DNA of 21,482 nucleotides, from IMG/VR virus record IMGVR_UViG_3300017989_000062, positions 1 to 21,482 of that record; one strand, 5' to 3'. Below the pieces are notes generated by a model that made no database searches, was not told the origin of the DNA, and worked only from the letters and a program-made list of their open reading frames with translations. Shown here piece after piece: positions 14,379-21,482 of this stretch (position 1 is the first letter of the stretch; each line of letters begins with the position of its first letter). This stretch comes from a virus. Lineage: Duplodnaviria; Heunggongvirae; Uroviricota; Caudoviricetes. The position numbers and the translations under genes are program-made.

Positions 14379-14816
14379 TTATTCGGAGTATTCAAGAGTC
14401 GAAACTATATAATCAAAACATGATTTAATACTATAAAAGAATTTGGTTGTGTGATATTTTAACCAAACATCCTTTTCAAATTGACTATCCTTCTCTACAA
14501 TCAAATAAACAGGTGTTTGATTATTCCAAGCATGAAGTATCTCCATGATTGTTCCAGCTGAATACCTTCTAACATAAGCAACAACAATATCACAAGTATC
14601 GATTGCGGCCTTGTCAAGCTCAACAATCTTCTTAATCTCGTCATCGCCAAATGGAATTGTTTTTAAATCATCAACCTTACTGATATCAACGTTTAAAACT
14701 CCAGCCTCAATTTCTTTCAATGGATCAAAAATGTTTAGGACTTCAGAATATTCCCTTGCAACCTGAGCGCGATAGTCTTTTTCATAAACACTTCCTGCAA
14801 CATATACTTTTAACAT
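14379..14816 (-). CDS. Nucleoside 2-deoxyribosyltransferase-like / nucleotide N-glycosidase
   Basis: VYVAG, IFDP, D..AI..CDIVVA, SAGTIME...A....PV motifs. Confidence 0.85.
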   Translation of the reverse strand: MLKVYVAGSVYEKDYRAQVAREYSEVLNIFDPLKEIEAGVLNVDISKVDDLKTIPFGDDEIKKIVELDKAAIDTCDIVVAYVRRYSAGTIMEILHAWNNQTPVYLIVEKDSQFEKDVWLKYHTTKFFYSIKSCFDYIVSTLEYSE

Positions 14817-14827
14817 GACTATTCTCC

Positions 14828-15349
14828 TTACAAATTACCGTTACTTTCTCGAATTTCTTTAAATGACTTCTTTTGCCTGTTTTTATCCTTTGTTTTAATA
14901 TACTTCATAAGCCTTATAGCACTTTCTTTTAACTCCTTCATTTTTTCTGGTGTAGGTTCTGATTCCAACATCACATCTTCAAATTCAAAGCCAAGATCCT
15001 CAGCCTCAACAGTGTCAAACAAGTCCTTACAACGATCATCCTTATCTGGATGATGCTTTTCATACCACATTAATGACATACAATACCATGCAGCCATTGC
15101 TAAATGATGACAGCCACTTTCTTTGTCAAGACTTTCTCCGCGAAACCACCGCCAGGAATGACGCATCATGGCACCAAAACAACGACTCCATGACATTCCT
15201 TTTCTCCAATTATGATCCGCATATTTTGTCGCTCCATAGGTATACACTTTTACAAGTTGATCTAAAGAGTCTCCTGGTATTAAATCATATCTAGCTTTAC
15301 CATAGTCATATTTTTTACCTGGTTCATTTTGTCTTTCTTTTATCTCCAT
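14828..15349 (-). CDS. DUF5664 dATP/dGTP diphosphohydrolase domain protein
   Basis: GKKYDYGK.RYDLIP, YGATKY..HNWRKG, MRH...W..GE..D.ESG..HLA. Confidence 0.88.
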   Translation of the reverse strand: MEIKERQNEPGKKYDYGKARYDLIPGDSLDQLVKVYTYGATKYADHNWRKGMSWSRCFGAMMRHSWRWFRGESLDKESGCHHLAMAAWYCMSLMWYEKHHPDKDDRCKDLFDTVEAEDLGFEFEDVMLESEPTPEKMKELKESAIRLMKYIKTKDKNRQKKSFKEIRESNGNL

Positions 15350-15350
15350 T

Positions 15351-16205
15351 CTAACCTCCTGTACATATTATTTTCGCTAATTCTGTAGTCGAGCATTCGT
15401 CAACATGACCATATTTATAATGACATTGAAAGCAACAGGCCACTCCATTATCAGGATCTAGGGAGAAAAATGGTTCTAATTTCTGAGGCCTTATATGATG
15501 GACTATTGTTGCTTTCTTACCACAATATTCACATTTATTATTTTCTCTTATTAATAATGTCCTTCGCCATATATTGTATTCTTGGTCTGTATACATTTTT
15601 CTAGAATTATTAATCATACTCATCGGATGTAAATTATATAAAGGACATTCTACTTTACATTCTTCAGAGCAGTAAAAATTAGACTCACCAGAGCCATCGG
15701 GGTGTTCTAAAGATCTAATTCTTTCAGTAATCTGTCCTCTTGTTAGTTCAAACCATCCACCTTTTTCTTTCGAATGTTTACAGTTATGATTTTTACAATG
15801 ACCATATAACTTTTTTGTTTTTATATCCTCTCTTAATTCTTCTGCTTTCGCAAACGTGGGATAACGTTTTTGTAATTGCTTTAGATTTTGGTGATTCCAT
15901 GGAATTCTGCCTCTTAATTTTCTAGATATTTTTTGTCGTGTTTCTTTTGTATGAGATGGTGTTTGTGTGATACCTTTTCTTTGAGAAGACATTTTTCTTT
16001 TTGTTTTTTTAGTATGTTTCTTTCCGGTGCTTGATGCCCGCATTTTTTGTAAAGCTTCGTCTGAATATACACCAGTCATTCCTTTGTTCCACGGCAATTT
16101 CTCCCTTATTGCTTGACATTTAGATATATTATCACTACAACACCATTTACCGTTCTTGAATTGGTGGGTTGCTGTTTTGCCGCAATAACTGCAAATTTCA
16201 CCCAT
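15351..16205 (-). CDS. HNH endonuclease with NUMOD3-like repeats
   Basis: PWNKG, GKKHT..TK.KMS; C-terminal CEYCG....VHHI.P...DNG..CC..CH. Confidence 0.85.
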   Translation of the reverse strand: MGEICSYCGKTATHQFKNGKWCCSDNISKCQAIREKLPWNKGMTGVYSDEALQKMRASSTGKKHTKKTKRKMSSQRKGITQTPSHTKETRQKISRKLRGRIPWNHQNLKQLQKRYPTFAKAEELREDIKTKKLYGHCKNHNCKHSKEKGGWFELTRGQITERIRSLEHPDGSGESNFYCSEECKVECPLYNLHPMSMINNSRKMYTDQEYNIWRRTLLIRENNKCEYCGKKATIVHHIRPQKLEPFFSLDPDNGVACCFQCHYKYGHVDECSTTELAKIICTGG

Positions 16206-16885
16206 TAAAAACTACCTCCGAGAAAAAATTCACCAAATTCAGCGCTTATCGGCCACATAGTTAGTGGGACGATTTGCATTTCTTTATGTATTCTCTTTTC
16301 TTCATCTTGTAGTATATCCAATGCAACATAATCAGACACAATTCTAACAGGTTCTGGCTCAATACCCTGACCACATTTAATCTTACTCCGAGCTGCTCTA
16401 CAAATCATTGGTCTCACTGGATAAATACTACATTTTTTCCTTTTGTTTAAGTACGGACACGGATTGCCAAAATTATCTTTTTCAATCTTCTTCTTAACGG
16501 CATCCATGTTATTATTCGAGGCAAAAAGTTGCTCTGTTTGTTTATGAAATTTTAGAGCTTTCTTTTTGACTCTGTTTAATAAAAGACGTCGGGGTTTACG
16601 AGGAAGGGTTGTAATATATGCAACAATGTTTTCCATCTCAATTGTTATACAAGGAACAAGTTGATGACAACAGGTTGCACACCCAGAACCACATGCTACT
16701 TCATTATAATCCAACCATTTTTTACTATAGATATCTGCTTGACTATGTACTGCTCGAACAAGCGGTAAATCTCCAACAGATCTGACTGGCTGGATTATTT
16801 TAAGAAATTCTTCTTTGGCTCGATCACATATCTCAAAATGTTCAGGTGTCATATCCTCTTTTAAAAGCGGAATTTCTTGTAACAT
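16205..16885 (-). CDS. YkgJ family CxxCxxCC cysteine-cluster protein
   Basis: CGSGCATCC, CPYL....CSIYPVRPMICR. Confidence 0.88.
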   Translation of the reverse strand: MLQEIPLLKEDMTPEHFEICDRAKEEFLKIIQPVRSVGDLPLVRAVHSQADIYSKKWLDYNEVACGSGCATCCHQLVPCITIEMENIVAYITTLPRKPRRLLLNRVKKKALKFHKQTEQLFASNNNMDAVKKKIEKDNFGNPCPYLNKRKKCSIYPVRPMICRAARSKIKCGQGIEPEPVRIVSDYVALDILQDEEKRIHKEMQIVPLTMWPISAEFGEFFLGGSF

Positions 16886-17226
16886 TAGAACATCAACTTA
16901 TACAAGATACGTAGAAAAATAAGAGAACCAAATGCAAGACCGAGAATCCATCCTACAAAATTAAGCGGATAAGCATAGGCATATTCACGAACTTTTTTTG
17001 TCCACTCTTTCCAAACTCCAAACCAATCCAAATCTTCTGGTACTTCTCTGTGATCTCTTGTGTACATTTTTGAATTCCTTTCTTTCTCTTTTCTCTCGAT
17101 TTCTCTAGCTGTTTTCGAAAAACTAAAAGCGTCTGGTCTTCCATAACTACTACGAGATTCCCAACCGCCATCCCCTACTACTTTTAACAATAATAAATTT
17201 CTAGTTAAATTTCCTGGTCCCATCAT
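16885..17226 (-). CDS. Hypothetical membrane protein
   Basis: C-terminal hydrophobic helix; stop overlaps next start. Confidence 0.65.
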   Translation of the reverse strand: MMGPGNLTRNLLLLKVVGDGGWESRSSYGRPDAFSFSKTAREIERKEKERNSKMYTRDHREVPEDLDWFGVWKEWTKKVREYAYAYPLNFVGWILGLAFGSLIFLRILYKLMF

Positions 17227-17230
17227 TCAC

Positions 17231-17836
17231 CTACTTGGTCAATGGTTGCTCGTTAACTCTATGCCATTGAGGAATTGACCTTTCTGTAAAAGTTGTTCCT
17301 TGATAATTTCGAAATTGTCGATCACCAAAAACTCTGAATTTTAAGTTGCTGGACATCATTAAATATTCAGCTGATACATCATAATATTCAACTTTAGTTA
17401 CAACAATTGCTTTAACACCAGCATTAAGAATTTCTACAAGACATGGAGAACAAGGAATACCACAATCCATATACATAATAGTATCTCTTGTCTCAATACC
17501 ATTCCTTGCTGCATTAATCAAACAATTTCTTTCAGCATGACCAGCAACACACCATTCAAGACCTTCTCCAGATTTGAATCCAATTATTTGTCTTGGACAT
17601 TTGCCTGATTCAAATGCAGCCTGAGGATCAACTCCATTCTCTATTAAACAATCCATCAACGACCCGTCATTTAAACATCGGTCTTGACACGTCATAACAC
17701 CACGAGGCGGACCATTATATCCTGTTGAAACAATACTCTTGTCTCTGACGAGTATGGCGCCAATTTGACGCGATCTACATTTAGTGTTCTTCCCTACCGC
17801 TTTACATAATTCGTGAAAATATTCATCCCAGCTCAT
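17231..17836 (-). CDS. dCMP deaminase (ComEB/DCTD family)
   Basis: SWDEYF, C..RQIGA, TGYNG.PRG, HAERN, PCSPC. Confidence 0.92.
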   Translation of the reverse strand: MSWDEYFHELCKAVGKNTKCRSRQIGAILVRDKSIVSTGYNGPPRGVMTCQDRCLNDGSLMDCLIENGVDPQAAFESGKCPRQIIGFKSGEGLEWCVAGHAERNCLINAARNGIETRDTIMYMDCGIPCSPCLVEILNAGVKAIVVTKVEYYDVSAEYLMMSSNLKFRVFGDRQFRNYQGTTFTERSIPQWHRVNEQPLTK

Positions 17837-17988
17837 CTTGGTCCACTTCCTTTTTTATTCGGTTTTTTCACTTCTTCTGATATCTGTACTAATGCATCTC
17901 TGATATCAATCAGAACTTCTAAAACTATTTCGTTGTATGTATCAATTTGAGTTTCAAATTTTTCTAAGATTTCTTTTTTTGTTCTCAT
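17833..17988 (-). CDS. 51-aa hypothetical protein (MRTKKEILEKFETQ...)
   Basis: Fills gap; ATGA overlap with dCMP deaminase start. Confidence 0.6.
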   Translation of the reverse strand: MRTKKEILEKFETQIDTYNEIVLEVLIDIRDALVQISEEVKKPNKKGSGPR

Positions 17989-17989
17989 A

Positions 17990-18175
17990 TCACCCCATCG
18001 GAATCTTTTGTAGAATATCTATAATCCACACAGTAAACATTCCAAATATAAAGTAGTCACTAGGTGTAGTTAAAAAACGTCGTTTCTTTTCACAATCATA
18101 TCGAAATACAATACAAGCTGCACCGGCAAATGCCCAAAGATATTCTTTACCAAGTATAACTACCCAATCATACAT
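17990..18175 (-). CDS. Small membrane protein
   Basis: Two hydrophobic segments; TAATG coupling. Confidence 0.6.
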   Translation of the reverse strand: MYDWVVILGKEYLWAFAGAACIVFRYDCEKKRRFLTTPSDYFIFGMFTVWIIDILQKIPMG

Positions 18176-18429
18176 TATCCTTTTTTCTCGCTTTCGTCGT
18201 CTGAGTCTTCATCTTCAGATTCATCTGTTATATAAGCGTCGCCATCAGCATCTAAATGATCAGGCGGCCAACCTTGTGTTGTAATGTTAATTGTTCTTAA
18301 AACACGACTCAAAAGAATAAAAAACTTATTGACCAAAATTGTAATTGGCCAAGCCATTGCCGGTAACACAATAATCATAAAACAAAAACCAATGTAAACA
18401 TGTCGATCAAGATACGTGAAAAGATCCAT
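18175..18429 (-). CDS. Small membrane protein with acidic tail
   Basis: TM helix then GWPPDHLDADGD; TAATG coupling. Confidence 0.7.
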   Translation of the reverse strand: MDLFTYLDRHVYIGFCFMIIVLPAMAWPITILVNKFFILLSRVLRTINITTQGWPPDHLDADGDAYITDESEDEDSDDESEKKG

Positions 18430-18767
18430 TAGCGATTGTCTCCATCACCTTTAATCACATTCCTTTCAATTCGACTTTTTAGTTTTTCTATGTTCGTTAT
18501 GGCTATGTCTTCGAGGTTAATATCAAGTTCCGTTGCCAACATTGCTATATACCACATTACATCACCCAACTCTTTTTTGAGTTCGGTTCTGCGACTACCA
18601 TCAACAACACCGTTATTATCACGAATAATCTTTTTGATCTTTTCTGCAACTTCTCCTGTTTCTCCTGCTAAACCTAATGTTGGGTAAACAAAGTTTCTCC
18701 CAATATCAGGATATTTTGCAGTTAGAATACAAGCTTTCTGATATTCTGTAAAGTTCAACTTAACCAC
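18429..18767 (-). CDS. MazG-like NTP pyrophosphohydrolase
   Basis: LGLAGETGEVAEKIKK, KELGDVMWY, NIEKL..R....I.G.GDNR. Confidence 0.92.
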   Translation of the reverse strand: MVKLNFTEYQKACILTAKYPDIGRNFVYPTLGLAGETGEVAEKIKKIIRDNNGVVDGSRRTELKKELGDVMWYIAMLATELDINLEDIAITNIEKLKSRIERNVIKGDGDNR

Positions 18768-19293
18768 CTTCCGTATATTCTGGGTTTAACCAAAATGTCA
18801 CTCTTGGTTGCGACGCATGTTGAAATGAATGCTTTGCCAAAAACAACTGACACCCTTTTTTCCATATTCTTCGTTTTGTTACTCGATCAGTATGATATGT
18901 AAGATATGGAAATACTGAATCATTAAATCTTCCCATCTTAGGATCATTATTAAATAACTTTTCTCTTCTGCACCATAACAACCCACGAACCAGTTCTTCA
19001 AAATCATGGTTGTTAAATAGATATTCTTCATTGTGGTCATCAAAAACAATTAGAGGACCGATTCGAGGTTCCTCATAACTAACTGTTTCAATTACCCAAT
19101 AGTTATGTTGCCAGTCCATACCATTGACCCAAATCTCTGCATAATATTGATCAGTTGGATCTCCAAATCTAATGCTAGATGGGTATGGCCAATTTTCAGA
19201 AGCTAAATGAAATTGTTCAGTAGCTCTTTTTACTAACTCAACACCTGCTAAAAAATGAGTTTTTTCTTTAGATGTTGTGTTACAGTAAATCAT
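18760..19293 (-). CDS. Hypothetical protein
   Basis: 177 aa ORF coupled to the QueC-like stop. Confidence 0.7.
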   Translation of the reverse strand: MIYCNTTSKEKTHFLAGVELVKRATEQFHLASENWPYPSSIRFGDPTDQYYAEIWVNGMDWQHNYWVIETVSYEEPRIGPLIVFDDHNEEYLFNNHDFEELVRGLLWCRREKLFNNDPKMGRFNDSVFPYLTYHTDRVTKRRIWKKGCQLFLAKHSFQHASQPRVTFWLNPEYTEGG

Positions 19294-19844
19294 TATAGAT
19301 CTCCATATCCGCTAAAATATTCCTCTTCTTTTATTCCAAATCCTTTTAATAAGGTTATTGCTAATTCTTTTGAAATACCAAGTAATGGAGCTTCTACTTT
19401 AATTTCTTTCGGTCCGCCATATTTTAACATTTCATTTACACGCACGAAATATTCTTGATAACAATCAGGAAATAATCCAAGACGATCTGACCAATCACTC
19501 CCAATCCAAATAGTATCAATATTCATGCTTTCAGCAATGCTAAATGCGATACTAATGAACATCGTATTACGACCTGGCACGTACATCTCATGAACTTGTC
19601 CAGTCTCGTTCTTCTCACCACTTCCAGTCAAACCACTGTTTACACCAAGATTCTCGATTGATACAACTCGATGTGGAATCTGCAATTTGTTCAACTGAGC
19701 CGAAGCAGATTCTAATTCTTGACCGTGGAGTTGACCATAATTAACAAGCACTCCATAGGGTTTCTTACCTGCTTTAATTGCCATTTCAACCATTAACCTA
19801 CTATCAGCTCCACCACTAAACAGAATAACTAAATTTTCAGACAT
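19293..19844 (-). CDS. queC: QueC-like (7-cyano-7-deazaguanine synthase family) protein lacking the C-terminal zinc motif
   Basis: PP-loop FSGGADS, YGQ.H..E, YVPGRN..F, FPDC, APL; ends at 183 aa. Confidence 0.8.
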   Translation of the reverse strand: MSENLVILFSGGADSRLMVEMAIKAGKKPYGVLVNYGQLHGQELESASAQLNKLQIPHRVVSIENLGVNSGLTGSGEKNETGQVHEMYVPGRNTMFISIAFSIAESMNIDTIWIGSDWSDRLGLFPDCYQEYFVRVNEMLKYGGPKEIKVEAPLLGISKELAITLLKGFGIKEEEYFSGYGDL

Positions 19845-19874
19845 TCTAAATTCTCCTTTTAACCTAACGTTTGA

Positions 19875-19890
19875 TTTATTATTTGTTCTT
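19875..19890 (-). promoter_or_regulatory. Candidate promoter motif AAGAACAAATAATAAA
   Basis: About 30 nt upstream of the QueC-like start, at the head of the minus-strand block. Confidence 0.5.
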
Positions 19891-19938
19891 ATTCAAAAAG
19901 AAAAATACTCATTTTCAATTTGGGATAGAAACAATTGT

Positions 19939-19949
19939 TATATATATTA
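19939..19949 (+). promoter_or_regulatory. Candidate promoter motif TATATATATTA
   Basis: Upstream of the 20016 gene; identical copies at 14367 and 20431. Confidence 0.5.
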
Positions 19950-20015
19950 TTAACCAGAGAAAGGATATTGTTTTTTCGGTTTGTTAAATAATTCAACGTG
20001 AAAGGAGTACTAATC

Positions 20016-20303
20016 ATGGACGAAAAAAAGATGGAAGGTATGTTCAAAAAGATCAATGATCGTTTGGATGACATGGACAAGAAAATCAAAAACGGTGGCA
20101 AGACGGCCAAGAAAGCCAAACCGGCCAAGAAAGCCAAAACCAAAAGCGACAAACGTTTCCTCGGCGGTTTCAGGGATTCTGTTTCCGACAAGTTTGCCAA
20201 ATGGTGGAAGCCTGTTCTCAAGTACGGTGCTGCTGCCGGTGTCGGTCTTGCCGCTGGTAAAGGGTATGATTACATGAACAGTGAGACGGGGGAAGAGGCC
20301 TAA
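20016..20303 (+). CDS. Lys/Ala-rich hypothetical protein with C-terminal Gly/Ala membrane-type helix
   Basis: AAGGAG RBS before ATG 20016; AKKAKP repeats; GAAAGVGLAAG. Confidence 0.75.
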   Translation: MDEKKMEGMFKKINDRLDDMDKKIKNGGKTAKKAKPAKKAKTKSDKRFLGGFRDSVSDKFAKWWKPVLKYGAAAGVGLAAGKGYDYMNSETGEEA

Positions 20304-20325
20304 CAGCCATGCCCTGTCAATGAAT

Positions 20326-20363
20326 AAAAAATTGGGAGTCTGCGCAGCAGAGTCTCAATTTTT
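20326..20363 (+). terminator. Intrinsic terminator-like hairpin
   Basis: AAAAATTG...TCTGC-GCA-GCAGA...CAATTTTT with further T run. Confidence 0.6.
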
Positions 20364-20430
20364 CGGTTTAATTTTTTTTGTCATTTATAAAACTTATTAT
20401 ATAAGTAGTTTAATATATAGTTTCTAACTG

Positions 20431-20441
20431 TATATATATTA
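20431..20441 (+). promoter_or_regulatory. Candidate promoter motif TATATATATTA
   Basis: Upstream of the 20490 gene. Confidence 0.5.
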
Positions 20442-20489
20442 CTCATTAGAAAAGTCTGTTTGCAAATAATTAGATGGAAGGAGGGTGTG

Positions 20490-21467
20490 ATGGGAATAAC
20501 AAATCGAGTAATTGAGATTATGGATTCGCCGCATGCTGACGAGTTCGCTGAACGATTCACGTTTTACTTTATGACAACAACTGGTTGGAATGCATGGGTA
20601 TCAACCAAAACTGCCATGGAAACCGTTATGGAAGAAGGTGTTCACGCAGATCAGGTGGAGTTTAAGAAAGTTGGTTATGAGCCAACCTTTGTAAACACTC
20701 CAATTGATCCAGGCAATGAAGCTGTAATTCAGTTTGGTCCATTGTCTCTTTCAATCGAGCAAACAAAAATCAAGTATCGTAGTTGGGATTACATTGATCA
20801 GTTGCTTTATGATATAGATAAGGCTGATGCTGTAAGCACGATGAAAGACTACATTAAACCCGAGATGTTGATAAAACATTATGTAGAGAATCTTTTGGCG
20901 GAAGGATTTCATTTATCTTTTGATCATTTCACTAAATGGGCTGGTCCATGGATCGATAAGTTGCTGGGTAATCAAGATATCCGTTTGGATCCGGCATCAG
21001 TTGCAACGAAATCTCAAAAACGACAAGCAAGACAAGAAAGGAATGAGCAACTAAAAACCCTTAAGAAAGAGCTAAAGACAACAAAACGAACGTTGCGAAC
21101 CAAAAGGGTATTAAATGATAGAATTGAATTCAATCGTTTAAAGAGAAAGGAAAGAAACCTACGAACCAAAATAGAGCGAGCTGAAATTCTTGCGTTAGGA
21201 GGTAAAGAAGCAAGACAAGAACTCAAGGAGAAGCTCAAAAAAGAACGAAAGGAAATTGTCACAAAGTTAAGTTCCCCTGCCATACAAAACCAGCCTGTTG
21301 AATTAACCAAACTTCAAAATCGGAGGAATCATATAGACAATAAACTTGATATGCTTCAACGAGCTCAATCTTTCATCATGCAAGAAAAAACAAGGTTTAA
21401 CTCCAAGAAAGTCATAGATTTACTACGCCGAGCTGCCATTGGAAAATTGAAACAAATAAGGCTTTAG
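20490..21467 (+). CDS. Hypothetical protein with basic coiled-coil C-terminal half
   Basis: AAGGAGG RBS before ATG 20490; next gene's GGAGG and ATG at 21480. Confidence 0.8.
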   Translation: MGITNRVIEIMDSPHADEFAERFTFYFMTTTGWNAWVSTKTAMETVMEEGVHADQVEFKKVGYEPTFVNTPIDPGNEAVIQFGPLSLSIEQTKIKYRSWDYIDQLLYDIDKADAVSTMKDYIKPEMLIKHYVENLLAEGFHLSFDHFTKWAGPWIDKLLGNQDIRLDPASVATKSQKRQARQERNEQLKTLKKELKTTKRTLRTKRVLNDRIEFNRLKRKERNLRTKIERAEILALGGKEARQELKEKLKKERKEIVTKLSSPAIQNQPVELTKLQNRRNHIDNKLDMLQRAQSFIMQEKTRFNSKKVIDLLRRAAIGKLKQIRL

Positions 21468-21482
21468 AAAGGAGGACATATG

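Noticed and set aside
819-19458. Other short plus-strand ORFs across the minus-strand block
   Set aside because: Overlap well-supported minus-strand genes or tRNAs and show no recognisable motifs.
19889-21310. Minus-strand ORFs 19889-20221 and 21014-21310
   Set aside because: Antisense to Lys-rich plus-strand genes that have clear RBSs.
1-21482. Genome-wide stop codon reassignment
   Set aside because: Recognisable genes are intact under code 11, and TAA, TAG and TGA all end genes; only one in-frame TGA was found.

Overview
AT-rich, densely coded segment of a large (probably jumbo) bacteriophage genome. Bases 1-19844 are transcribed on the minus strand; two plus-strand genes follow from ~20016. 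It holds a dispersed translation cluster: 13 CCA-encoding tRNAs (Ser x4, Leu x4, Asp, Gln, Asn, Ile-UAU, Trp), a complete tmRNA (tag ADDYYTEVRLAA) and a YqeY protein. Interleaved are Hsp20, a metacaspase, a DHODH-like flavoprotein, an NT5C nucleotidase, a PxxKW Cys-rich protein and HNH nucleases. A nucleotide-remodelling block (truncated QueC, MazG, dCMP deaminase, DUF5664, NDT-like, NADAR) lies at 12.6-19.8 kb. Best leads: (1) a hidden gene (3792-4169) with an in-frame UGA in a UxxC motif followed by a bacterial SECIS-like hairpin, i.e. a candidate phage selenoprotein; (2) three tRNAs (Ser-CGA, Ser-UGA, Trp) sharing a miniature AUGG D-loop; (3) an 18-bp inverted repeat enclosing hsp20; (4) unexplained structured RNA candidates next to tRNAs; (5) CDS stop codons buried in tRNA/tmRNA 5' ends. 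A Desulfobacterota-like anaerobic host is an inference only. All family calls are by-eye motif recognition; no searches were run.
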